A DNA stretch of 64,000 nucleotides, from contig CAWALK010000012.1 of assembly GCA_963782915.1 (NCBI GenBank), positions 352,001 through 416,000 of the forward strand, given 5' to 3'. Positions 1-9,773 of this stretch are shown piece by piece. The notes beneath the pieces were generated by a model that had not been told where the DNA came from, ran no database searches, and worked only from the letters and a program-made list of their open reading frames with translations. Position 1 is the stretch's first letter. Each line of letters begins with the position of its first letter. This stretch comes from an uncultured archaeon (GTDB lineage: Archaea; Thermoproteota; Bathyarchaeia; Bathyarchaeales; Bathycorpusculaceae). The translations under genes were made by a program, and so were the position numbers.

Positions 1-145
1 GGTTTTTGGCTGGGCTATCAAAGTTGCCTCCGATGCCTCCTACGAAGATGACGCCTTTTTTGGAGCCTTTGGCTGGGTAATAGCGGCAATTGGTTACAGA
101 TTCATCTGTGGTGATTATTGTTATTGGCAAAAATTCTTGGGTCAA
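1..145 (-). CDS. N-terminus of probable alpha/beta hydrolase (runs off window)
   Basis: Manual translation from TTG at 145: MTQEFLPITIITTDESVTNCRYYPAKGSKKGVIFVGGIGGNFDSPAK; the GVIxVGGxGG stretch resembles small alpha/beta hydrolases. Confidence 0.55.
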   Translation of the reverse strand, partial: MTQEFLPITIITTDESVTNCRYYPAKGSKKGVIFVGGIGGNFDSPAKN

Positions 146-1304
146 AAAATCACTCCTTTAAGCATTCACTAGTTTGTGAATGGGGTAAAATAGCTTTTTT
201 TTGGGTTAGCGTTGTCTGTTTTGGTTTTTTGTTTTTGGGTTCATAGATAAATTATATATATATTACATATTGTGACAAATAGATACCACTTGTCTGCCAA
301 GAGAAGGTTTGATGGTATGGCTGAAAAGAAACACACTCAAAGATGCACAAATAGATCAAGCAGCATAGCCTGGTGCAAAAGGCTACAAAAATTCTGCAAC
401 GCACCCGCCGAATACAGCCACTGCCAAGACTACCACCCAAAACAGGCATACCCATTTTTAGAAGGATGACTCATGACCGCGGGCAAAGAAAGCGTTCCAA
501 ACACAAAACAGGAAGAATTCTATGTCATCGGCTCAAGGGTCAGCAAATGCGATATCTGTAAAGCAACCAAAAAAACGATGCTGCTAAGCTACGGATTTCA
601 GCCTCTGTGAAGATTGCATCAACGTTTGTGCATTGATTATTAATCAACTGCTCAAGCAGCCGAACAAACCCCAATCAAAAAACAAAACCTGCAAAAAAAG
701 ACCGCAGCGCCCAAGCATAAAAATAAATGTAGAACAAACACAATTAAACTATCGCTAAAATATCGGATCTTCAATAACAAAATTCAAATTGACACAGACA
801 ATAGATTTCCACATTCTAAAGTAGCGGGACCAAAAAGTCAGCATAAAAGTTTCCTTAGTTTTTAGTTTTTTTAATCTGTTACCTTCTTGATTGTTTTGGA
901 GAATGTTGAGTTGCCCATGGCTTTGGCTGGAGGGATCAAAAGGGGGGTGAAACCGGGCTTTGGAGATATTGGGTTATTTCGGTTTAGGGCGATTTGGGTT
1001 TTCTGATGGTCTCTTGCAAGCGTGGCTGCTGTGCGTTCTAGTTTGTCAGGTGGTTTTGGCTGATAAGGTTTTAAGCTTCTACCTGCCCATAATGGGGCGC
1101 TTGTTATGGCCTTATATTTACTGGAGAGTTCATTGAGGATTAACGGTTCAAAACGGCTTTTTCTTATTAGACTGCATGGCACTTGAGGATTATTAACTAT
1201 GGCATTAGCTTGGATGAAAGTTAGCCTCAATCCTTCGGGTTACGAAATTCTGAATCAAATTTAAGTTAAATTCTCAGATTATTAATTTTTGAAGCTAGTG
1301 TTGT

Positions 1305-1475
1305 ATGTTGATGTTGAGTTTGCAAGTGACTTATGGCTGCTCCATACTTGGAGGGTATGGATTTGCTGATAAGTGATAGGCTTTATGAGAACAAGCGGAA
1401 GTAGTAAAAGACGCGCTAAGACGGTTGTTCAATCACTATGAGGTAAACTCTATCAGTGACGCCTGCACCCAATAG
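1305..1475 (+). pseudogene. Ribbon-helix-helix (CopG-like) small protein, frameshifted
   Basis: Joining frames gives LQVTMAAPYLEGMDLLISDRLYENK(A)EVVKDALRRLF, similar to the RHH protein at 7732 (YLDLLNTLIDKGVYNSRNEAIRDALR); needs two indels. Confidence 0.4.
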
Positions 1476-1627
1476 CCCAGTAACCTAAAACCAATGCAAA
1501 CAACCACCTGCCTTACAACACCCTTTTTAATAAACAAACAAACGTAAACTAAAACACTCATGAGACAAAGTTTTTATGCTCCTTTGGAACTCTACACTTC
1601 CCCGAACAGACAAAGGAAGATTCAAAG

Positions 1628-2380
1628 ATGGCCCTACAAAAAGGAGACTTCATCCTAATCGATTACGTAGCGAAAATTAAAGAAACAAACGAAGTTTTCG
1701 ACACAACAAAAGACGAAGTAGCAAAAAAAGAGCACCTTCACAAAGAAGGCGAAATCTATGAACCAAAACTCGTCGTTGTCGGCGAAGGCTGGGTACTAAA
1801 AGCCCTAGACGACTCTCTATTAACCGCAGAAGTCGGCAAAGCCGAAACCGTCGAAATTCCCTCAGACAAAGCATTCGGTCCACGAGACCCAGAAAAAATC
1901 CGCCGCGTCCCAATCAAACAATTATACGCAAAAGAAATCAACCCAGTAGTTGGAGCACGCATCGAATACCAAGGTAAAATGGCAACAATCCGCTCCATCG
2001 GCGCAGGCAGAGTCCTACTCGACTTTAACCCTGCATTAGCAGGCAGAACCCTCATCTACGACCTAACCGTCACCAAAAAACTCGACGCAGAAGAACAAAA
2101 AATCGGCGCAATCGTTCACCGCAGAATCCCAGTAGTCGAAGAAGACAAGTTCAAAATCGCAGTAAAAGCAAAGAACCTAACCATCGACATGCCAGAAGAC
2201 ACCTTCTACGTTGAAGGCATCCAAATTGCAAAACGCGGCATCGCCATGGACATACAAAAGTTCCTACCCGACTTGGCTGAGACAAAGTTTGTTGAAACCT
2301 TCAAAGCTGAGCCAAAACCTGAAGCAGCCGCTCCAGTCGTAGAAGCAAAAGCTGAAGAAGCAAATACTGCAGCGCCATAA
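1628..2380 (+). CDS. Archaeal long-type FKBP peptidyl-prolyl cis-trans isomerase
   Basis: GDFILIDY...VFDTT, AFGPRD, RVLLDFNPALAG motifs. Confidence 0.93.
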   Translation: MALQKGDFILIDYVAKIKETNEVFDTTKDEVAKKEHLHKEGEIYEPKLVVVGEGWVLKALDDSLLTAEVGKAETVEIPSDKAFGPRDPEKIRRVPIKQLYAKEINPVVGARIEYQGKMATIRSIGAGRVLLDFNPALAGRTLIYDLTVTKKLDAEEQKIGAIVHRRIPVVEEDKFKIAVKAKNLTIDMPEDTFYVEGIQIAKRGIAMDIQKFLPDLAETKFVETFKAEPKPEAAAPVVEAKAEEANTAAP

Positions 2381-2550
2381 GTGCGCTTCTAACTTTTCTT
2401 TTTTAATTCTTTAATTTTCAACACTCAACCCGTTACGCTACTGCCAAGTCTTTTACTTTTTGAAAAAAGTTAAATCCGCCAACCACTCATAGTATTAAGT
2501 GCGCTTCTCTTAGTCAACGTTTAAGGTGTATCTGGAGGTGAAACCAAAAG

Positions 2551-2934
2551 ATGGACCACACAATAATGCATTTTGAAATTCCAGCAAACGATGTAGAAAA
2601 ACTGAAGGGTTTCTACGAGAAAGTCTTCGGCTGGACCATAGTTCAAGCCGCTGGACCGATAGAGTACTGGGTAATCCAAACCGTGCCAGTTGACCCAAAA
2701 GGCATGCTGCTGCGCCCCGGCGTGAATGGAGGCTTGTATAAGCGTCAAGTGCCAGAGAGCAAACCCATTAATTACATCTCAGTCGAAAATATCGCTGAAT
2801 TTTTAGATAAAATCGTGAAATCAGGCGGAAAAATTACTCAACCCACGCAGGAAGTTCCAGAAGTCGGCTGGATAGCGGCGGCAGAAGACCCAGAAGGCAA
2901 CGCGTTTGCGCTCCTTCAACCTATACGTGTTTAG
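2551..2934 (+). CDS. VOC/glyoxalase family protein
   Basis: HFEIPANDVE..FYEKVFGW, GWIAAAEDPEGN. Confidence 0.9.
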   Translation: MDHTIMHFEIPANDVEKLKGFYEKVFGWTIVQAAGPIEYWVIQTVPVDPKGMLLRPGVNGGLYKRQVPESKPINYISVENIAEFLDKIVKSGGKITQPTQEVPEVGWIAAAEDPEGNAFALLQPIRV

Positions 2935-3990
2935 TTAATTATGCCTGTTGCCCTTGCTACGGTTTCGCATGCGTCGAAGTTTAGGTTTAGCTTATGTAAG
3001 ATTGTGTAGCGTTCTGGTCTGATTTGAGTTGACATTTGCAGGGCTTTGACGATATCCATGTCTTTGACGCCTAACTCGGATGCGGTTGTGGGTGCGCCTA
3101 TGTGTTTGAGGGTGCTTTTGATTTGTTGCCAGTTTGAGCCGTGTAAGAAAGCGGTTAAGATTGAGCCGACACCGCATTGTTCGCCGTGCATGGCGTGTTT
3201 GGAGTTGATTAAGTCTAAGGCGTGGCTGAATAGGTGCTCGGATCCGCTGCATGGTCGGCTGCTGCCTGCTATGCTCATGGCGACTCCGCAGCTGATCAAC
3301 GCTTCAAGTAGGACTCTTAATCCTTCGCATTCTTTCTGTGCGACTAAATCCGCATTGGCAGTTACAAGTTTGGCACTCATTAATGCTAGGCTGGCTGCGT
3401 ATCCGCCGTAGTATTCGCCTTTTTCTAGATATGCCAGTTTCCAGTCTTTTACTGCGGTGAATTTGCTGATTACGTCTCCGCAACCGCTTATGACAAAGCG
3501 CCATGGCGCTTGAGAGATAATGTCTATGTCAGCGATTATTGCCATGGGTGCCTGCGCGAGGACGCTGTAGGGTTTTTCTGAACCTTTTATGGAGGCTAGG
3601 GGGCTGGCGATGCCGTCGTGGCTGACGGTTGTTGGGATGCTTACGAATGGGAGGTTTTGGCTGGCTGAACTTAGTTTGGCTGCATCGATTATTGTTCCGC
3701 CGCCTACGCCAAAGACAACTCGCGGCTTTTGTTCTTTGAGTTGTTTTTCGACGAGAATTAGGTCATCTACAGTCATTGATTTGACAAGTAAGAATTCGGG
3801 TGTTAAACCTGCTTTTTCAAGCTCGCAAGAGACTCTTTCTCCTGCCTAGCTTGTAGCATTGTGAGTCTGAGAGTACCAAGGCTTTTCCTTTGAGACCTAA
3901 GCGATTTACTACTTCTGGAATGCGGTCTAATGTGCCTTTTCCGACGATTACTTCGCGGGGCAACTGCATGTAATGGTAGTTTAGACTCAA
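2931..3990 (-). CDS. egsA: sn-glycerol-1-phosphate dehydrogenase (apparent frameshift near 3840)
   Basis: GVGGGTIIDAAK, PTTVSHDGIASP, SRPCSGSEHLFSHALD, HGEQCG; N-terminus MQLPREVIVGKG lies in another frame upstream. Confidence 0.93.
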
Positions 3991-4141
3991 AGGATACCAC
4001 TGTGACTAAGACACTATGTTGGGTTGCTGTGTTTTAAAACGTTTGGGAACCTGCCAGCCAAGACGTGCATTGTTTTTTAGACAAAAACGGTTTTACCCCA
4101 GACTGCATATTGTTTCTGTTCGTTAGTTGAGGTTTTGAGGC

Positions 4142-4501
4142 ATGATTGTTGAAGCAACGGTAACGATTATGGTTAGTGATGTGGATAAGGCATTGGACTT
4201 TTACACTGGCGTCTTGGGGCTGAAACTCAAAAAACGGTACAACGAGAAATACGCGGAGGTTGTGGTCGCCGACTTTGTTTTGGGGCTTCACTTAATCAAC
4301 CCAGCCAATGTCAATATGAGTATTCCTAACAATTTATCGGTAGGATTCCGTGTGGAAGATTTAGAGGATGCAGTTTCAAAGCTTAAGGATAAAGGGTTAA
4401 TGTTTTCCAATTCAATCGAGGAAGGCAAAGGCGGATGGTTCATTTATTTCCAGGACCCCGATAGCAACCCGCTATATCTTTGGCAAAGAAAAACCCACTA
4501 A
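4142..4501 (+). CDS. VOC/glyoxalase family protein
   Basis: VSDVDKALDFYTGVLGL, FQDPDSN. Confidence 0.88.
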   Translation: MIVEATVTIMVSDVDKALDFYTGVLGLKLKKRYNEKYAEVVVADFVLGLHLINPANVNMSIPNNLSVGFRVEDLEDAVSKLKDKGLMFSNSIEEGKGGWFIYFQDPDSNPLYLWQRKTH

Positions 4502-4659
4502 GCAGCTTTTATCAATTGCAAAAGAAACTTTCCCAGTGTATCTTAGTAAACTAAACATTATAAGCCCCCAAACGCCAACTATAACCAGGCGACTTTTAAG
4601 TGAAAACGCATGCACCTCAATCCCACTGAGTTGACTAGCTGAATCAACTGCAAGGAAGC

Positions 4660-5253
4660 ATGAAAAGAATGAATACCAAAGTATTGGCTGTATTAGTCTC
4701 TGCGGTTCTAATTTCCTCTGTTGCTGGAGGAGTTTATGTTTCAAGTTTAGGTAGTCAGCCGCAGGCAAGCGTGGAGGATAATGCGATTGTTAACCCAGAT
4801 GCTTCTCCCACACCTACACCTACTTTTAGTCATGGGTCAACATCAACAGCGTCGCCTATTTATTCGCCATCACCAACACTAACACCTACACCAAGACCAT
4901 GGCATGATTTCAACGTCTACTACGACATTGCTGCCAGTAATGGCTCTTCAATTGTTATTGGCCTGAGCCTTAACGGGTTCTGCTTCACTTCACCTATAAC
5001 AAGCGATCTCTCTATTGATTCATTCTCGCTATGTATCAATAACACTGTATATTCTACTCATGCTTATGGTAACATGCCCTCGCTTAGTGCAGTTGACTTA
5101 TCATCCTTCAATGGAACAAATCAGTCATTCGATGATTTACAAGCAACTTTTACCTTTAATATCGATGTTTCGGGGTCAAGTTTTAGGTCATACTCAGTGC
5201 CTGTTTTAATCTATAATGGTCCGTATTCGGTTTGGGTTATTCCAGCAATATAA
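4660..5253 (+). CDS. Secreted/membrane-anchored hypothetical protein with S/P/T-rich linker
   Basis: N-terminal hydrophobic segment, PTPTP linker. Confidence 0.65.
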   Translation: MKRMNTKVLAVLVSAVLISSVAGGVYVSSLGSQPQASVEDNAIVNPDASPTPTPTFSHGSTSTASPIYSPSPTLTPTPRPWHDFNVYYDIAASNGSSIVIGLSLNGFCFTSPITSDLSIDSFSLCINNTVYSTHAYGNMPSLSAVDLSSFNGTNQSFDDLQATFTFNIDVSGSSFRSYSVPVLIYNGPYSVWVIPAI

Positions 5254-5612
5254 AAAGAGGGTTTTATTGTGAAGGTTGTTTTTCCTTCATGGAAACTAGT
5301 TGCCACACCCACATAAAGAGACAAAACCGATTTTTGCCCTTTTTTAGAAGGCGGGAAGAGGAGAAAAGCGGCATGCGTCGTCTGTTCTGCTTGCATAAAA
5401 CGCCACAACCAATCTGCAACCCGCCATAAACGCAGACAACAAAACACAACGCTCTGCCAAGCCCGCTGGTTGTTGTTGTGTATAGGGGCTTTTCGGCAAC
5501 AACTACTATATTACAGAGTAAAAACCGCTAAAAGCAACCCTGAATCGGTAATAATCTGTGTTATGCTTATATCTACCATTTGCAGTATCCTCCTTTCAGG
5601 AGATCACAAAAC

Positions 5613-5882
5613 ATGCCCGCCATTGAAGTCGGCAGAATATGCGTCAAACAAGCTGGCCGCGAATGCTGCACTAAATGCGTCGTCATAGACGTCGTCGACA
5701 AAAGCTTCGTCTTAGTCACAGGACCCAAAAAATTAACTGGTGTCAAACGCAGACGCGTCAACATAAACCACGTCATGCCCCTAGTAGACAAAATCGATGT
5801 CAAACGAGGCGCATCAGACGATGAAGTTGCGCAGGCAATTCAAGCCGCAGATTTAACAGAAGAAATGACGCAGCTATTCTAA
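5613..5882 (+). CDS. rpl14e: 50S ribosomal protein L14e
   Basis: MPAIEVGRICVKQAGRE...VTGPKKLTGVKRRRVNINHV. Confidence 0.96.
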   Translation: MPAIEVGRICVKQAGRECCTKCVVIDVVDKSFVLVTGPKKLTGVKRRRVNINHVMPLVDKIDVKRGASDDEVAQAIQAADLTEEMTQLF

Positions 5883-5947
5883 ACCCTTTTAAACTTTAAT
5901 ACCACGTTATTCTTTTTCTTATCTTTATCAGGAGAACACCGTAGAGA

Positions 5948-6979
5948 ATGCCAAGAACACTTCCGCCGTGGGAAACCAAACACGAATTGCTAACAAAAGC
6001 AGAGGACCATACAGACCCCAAATATGGCTGTAAACCCTCTGAACGTACAGCGAAGCAATTCATCAAATATGGTACCATTAACTTGGATAAACCAGCAGGT
6101 CCCACAAGCCATGAAGTGGCAGCTTGGACCAAAAAAATCCTAAAACTCGAAACCATCGGACACGGAGGCACCCTTGACCCCAAAGTCACAGGTATCCTGC
6201 CAGTTACGCTGGAAGAAGCCACCAAAATGGTTCAAGCACTGCTCCACAGCGGCAAAGAATACGTCTGCGTCCTAAAACTACACGGAGACATAGACGAATC
6301 CTCAGTAAAGCGTGTGCTCACGATTTTCGAGGACGAAATTTATCAGCGTCCACCCCTGCGATCCTCAGTCAAACGCCAATTACGTACAAGACGCATCTAC
6401 TACATCGACTACATCGAAAAGGACGGACGAAACGTACTCTTCAAAGTCGCCTGCGAAGGCGGCACATACATCCGCAAATTATGCTTCGACGTAGGAGAAA
6501 TCCTAGGCGTCGGCGGACACATGCAAGAACTCCGTCGCACTCGTGCAGGGCCATTTACCGAAACCAGCGTCAAATGCGTAAACCTCCACGACGTCGCTTA
6601 CTGGTTTGGCGAGTACGAACGCACAAAAGACCAATCTTACCTCTGCAAATTCATCGAACCCATGGAAACCGCGCTTGCGCAACTCCCAAAAGTCATTGTC
6701 CGAGACTCAGCCGTTGATGCACTCTGCCACGGCGCAAACCTAACAGCGCCCGGAGTCTGTCAAGTGGACAGCGGCATCGTAAAAAGCAACATAATAGCCA
6801 TATTCACCCTCAAGGGTGAAGCAATCGCTTTGGGTCGCGCTCAGGTTTCAACACAAGAAATCCTTGACTTGCGCCATGGTGTGGTTGCAACGTTAGCGCG
6901 TGTATTGATGCCACGGAACATTTATCCAAGGACTTGGAAGAGCGGTGGCGGCGGCGCCGATGAGCAAGAAAAACAGTAA
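5948..6979 (+). CDS. cbf5: H/ACA RNA-guided pseudouridine synthase Cbf5
   Basis: LDKPAGPTSHEV, GHGGTLDPKVTG, GTYIRKLC, C-terminal PUA domain. Confidence 0.96.
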   Translation: MPRTLPPWETKHELLTKAEDHTDPKYGCKPSERTAKQFIKYGTINLDKPAGPTSHEVAAWTKKILKLETIGHGGTLDPKVTGILPVTLEEATKMVQALLHSGKEYVCVLKLHGDIDESSVKRVLTIFEDEIYQRPPLRSSVKRQLRTRRIYYIDYIEKDGRNVLFKVACEGGTYIRKLCFDVGEILGVGGHMQELRRTRAGPFTETSVKCVNLHDVAYWFGEYERTKDQSYLCKFIEPMETALAQLPKVIVRDSAVDALCHGANLTAPGVCQVDSGIVKSNIIAIFTLKGEAIALGRAQVSTQEILDLRHGVVATLARVLMPRNIYPRTWKSGGGGADEQEKQ

Positions 6980-7583
6980 GCATGTTGAGCACTATTTTTC
7001 CGCTCAGCCTAAATGCGACGACCGCTTCGGCATAGTAAAAACTACGCTGCGCGGCCGCAAATTCGAATTTTTAACTTCCTCGAGTGTTTTCTCTAAAAAA
7101 CGGGTTGATTTAGGCACCCACGTGTTGATTGATGCGATGGTTCTGCCCCAAACCGGCACAGTACTTGACATTGGCTGCGGATACGGCGCAGTCGGCATCA
7201 CAGCAGCATCAACCAACCCCAAACTCCAAGTGGTCATGACTGACGTAAACATGCGTGCGGTGCGTTTAGCCAAACAGAACCTGGAAGCTAACAGAATCCG
7301 CAACGCCCAAGTGCTATACGGCCACCTCTACGAGCCGGTTGAAGCATTGCACTTTGATTGTGTACTCTCTAATCCTCCGGTGAGCGCCGGTATGGATGTG
7401 GTGAGGGCAATTATTGCGGGTGCACCCAAAGTGTTGAATGCTGGCGGCAGTTTTCAGATGGTTATCCGCAGCAAAATCGGCGCTAAATCCTTGCCGGAAG
7501 CGTTCTGTGAAGCGTTTGGGAGCTGTGAAGTGTTGGCGCGGGAAAGCGGGTTCCGTGTGCTGATGGGTAAGCTTGGCGTTTAG
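6960..7583 (+). CDS. Class I SAM-dependent methyltransferase (RsmC/MTS-like)
   Basis: EHYFS, VFSKKRVDLGT, VLDIGCGYG, SNPP. Confidence 0.9.
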   Translation: MSKKNSKHVEHYFSAQPKCDDRFGIVKTTLRGRKFEFLTSSSVFSKKRVDLGTHVLIDAMVLPQTGTVLDIGCGYGAVGITAASTNPKLQVVMTDVNMRAVRLAKQNLEANRIRNAQVLYGHLYEPVEALHFDCVLSNPPVSAGMDVVRAIIAGAPKVLNAGGSFQMVIRSKIGAKSLPEAFCEAFGSCEVLARESGFRVLMGKLGV

Positions 7584-7731
7584 GTTCCGATAGGTTTTTA
7601 TTCGATTTTTGAACATGGGTGTGTTTCATGCATATCTTGGCTGTTGCATGGTGCCTGTTTGTCTGACAAGCACTTATAAGTTGACTGCCACGACAGAACT
7701 AACCAACAGCAGCCATTTAACGGTGAAAAAA

Positions 7732-7938
7732 GTGTCTGACGGAAACAAACGGGAACGCATAACCATTCGATTAACCAAACGGTACCTGGACCTACTAAAC
7801 ACCCTCATCGATAAAGGCGTTTATAATAGCCGCAACGAAGCCATCCGCGATGCCCTACGCATCATGTACGAGTATCATGGATTAAAGGTTGCGCCTGAAA
7901 AGAAGCCAGCTGCTAAACCCGAAGACGCCCCCGCCTAA
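7732..7938 (+). CDS. Ribbon-helix-helix (CopG family) regulator
   Basis: RITIRL...LIDKGVYNSRNEAIRDALR. Confidence 0.85.
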   Translation: MSDGNKRERITIRLTKRYLDLLNTLIDKGVYNSRNEAIRDALRIMYEYHGLKVAPEKKPAAKPEDAPA

Positions 7939-8215
7939 CCTCTTTTAAGAAATATTCCGTTTTTCGATATATTCCCTTTTAGAAAATCGGCTTTTATTAC
8001 TAAACCATACATTAACCCTCATGGAGCGGGCTAAAATAGACAGAGAACAAGGGGAGATGCTGCGAAATCGGCGTTAAAAGCCCATGCGTAACCTGCGATT
8101 ATAATCCATTCTGCAATGGCAAATGGAGCCACACCCGCAGTGATTCTTGAGTGCTGTTTAATGTCAGTCACATACGTTTAGATAGATGCTTTTTGCTGGC
8201 TTTAGTGGTGATTTT

Positions 8216-8461
8216 TTGTCAGATAAAGACGTAAGAACCGCAACTGCAGCGACTAAAAGCAAACATGACCCCGAAGCAGTGTCTAAGGGTGGTAAAGGCG
8301 CTGGCTTGCGCAGCCGCACACACGCCAAAGCCACACCTGATGGCAGATACAAATGCACGGAATGCGGCGCCATATCAAGCACCCTCGAAGAAGCAGACGC
8401 CCACCATTTCCGCACCCATGAACGGCAACCAGCCGAAACATACATGCATACACCGCCTTAG
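8216..8461 (+). CDS. Small C2H2 zinc-finger protein
   Basis: YKCTECGAISSTLEEADAHHFRTH = C-x2-C-x12-H-x4-H; GGTGA RBS before TTG. Confidence 0.7.
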   Translation: MSDKDVRTATAATKSKHDPEAVSKGGKGAGLRSRTHAKATPDGRYKCTECGAISSTLEEADAHHFRTHERQPAETYMHTPP

Positions 8462-8530
8462 GGTACCGCAAAATACAAAAGCCCACCCTGCCATAGAGGA
8501 ATAAACAAACTAACTAGTGCAGTGGTACCT

Positions 8531-8782
8531 ATGGGCAAACTAAACAAAGTCGATGAAAAAGTTGTAGCTACACTCCAGGCTGAAGGCAAAGAATTGTCTC
8601 TTCAAGAATTAACTGACAAGACCGGTGAGCCATCCAAGAAGGTTTTCAAGTCACTCAAGAAGCTTTTTGAGAACGAGATTGTTTCGACGCTGGCCCGCAA
8701 ATACAAATTAACGATTACTGATTCGAAAGCGATTAAGGCGAAGCTTGCGGCTAAGGGCGACGAAGAAGAACCCGAAGCTTAA
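8531..8782 (+). CDS. Small winged-HTH protein
   Basis: LSLQELTDKTG...VFKSLKKLFENEIV pattern. Confidence 0.65.
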   Translation: MGKLNKVDEKVVATLQAEGKELSLQELTDKTGEPSKKVFKSLKKLFENEIVSTLARKYKLTITDSKAIKAKLAAKGDEEEPEA

Positions 8783-8865
8783 AAAAACTGATTTCTTTAA
8801 TTTTTAATATTTTATTTTACCCCTAATATCCCTAATTATAGCAAAAAATAGATGTAGTTTTTGAG

Positions 8866-8939
8866 AGCCTCGAGCGGGCCTTGCTCCCGCGGCCTGCTGC
8901 TTACAAGGCAGCCGCTCTACTGGGCTGAGCTATCGAGGC
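8866..8939 (-). tRNA. tRNA-Thr(UGU), non-canonical T- and D-loops
   Basis: Acceptor GCCTCGA/TCGAGGC, D-stem GCTC/GAGC, anticodon stem GCTGC-CTTGTAA-GCAGC, T-stem GCGGG/CCCGC with loop AGCAAGG. Confidence 0.85.
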
Positions 8940-9077
8940 ACCCAAATACGCCCAGAACACACAACACATAAAACTCTAATCAAATAAAAGTTACTACTCC
9001 CACAGCCCCCCAAACGATATAATTTTAGAAAAAGCGGCAGTCCCGCATGTTATAATAGCTTCTTAGTTCAATGTTTA

Positions 9078-9773
9078 ATGTGGGGCTTTGGTATCCGCAG
9101 GTTTGCTTTGGGTGCAGCGGTGGCGGTTGTGGTGCTCGTTGGGTTTGTTTTGCTGAGCTTTGGCGCCCAAGCACAAAATACCACGGTGTTTGCTCCGGAT
9201 ACGCCCTTTGTTATCCCTGAACGCAACGGAACCATCTATTTTGCGGCAAACGGCACCTACTCCGAGGCGCAAATGGGGAATAATTCTTGGGTTTTCAGGA
9301 ACCTGCAACTAACCAATTCGCCAACGGTGCCGTTTTTGCGTGTTTCAACCGAAAACTGCAACATTACCCTATCCTCCTTCTCGAGCATAATAACAACCCA
9401 AAACTCGGGAGCCATCCACTACAACGTCACCGGCGCAGGCACTCAAACTTTCAATTTCGGCTTAAACCCCGCCTTCGCAGAAAACCCCAAAAGCCACCTC
9501 ATAACCGTGCGCTTCAACCAGAGCCAATACCCCGATTACCACCCCGAAGGCGACGGCTGGACCCTCTCCGCCGACGGAACCATAACCGTTAGCCACGCAG
9601 TGAATGATACCTACATTTTTTATCGGGACTTCTCCGGCCAATTGCCTGATGAGGAGTTGCCGTTTTACCAGAATCATGCGGTGCTGGTGTTGGCGTTGGT
9701 GTCTGTTGGTGCCATTGTGCTGGTGGGTGCCGTTGTTAAACTTAAAACTAGCCGTTTTGGAGGGAAAGCATGA
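9078..9773 (+). CDS. Exported protein with signal peptide and C-terminal TM anchor
   Basis: Hydrophobic N- and C-termini, many N-x-S/T sequons; ATGA overlap with next gene. Confidence 0.75.
   Translation: MWGFGIRRFALGAAVAVVVLVGFVLLSFGAQAQNTTVFAPDTPFVIPERNGTIYFAANGTYSEAQMGNNSWVFRNLQLTNSPTVPFLRVSTENCNITLSSFSSIITTQNSGAIHYNVTGAGTQTFNFGLNPAFAENPKSHLITVRFNQSQYPDYHPEGDGWTLSADGTITVSHAVNDTYIFYRDFSGQLPDEELPFYQNHAVLVLALVSVGAIVLVGAVVKLKTSRFGGKA

Noticed and set aside
871-1230. 119-aa minus-strand ORF as transposase remnant
   Set aside because: No recognisable motif or terminal repeats; cannot be supported
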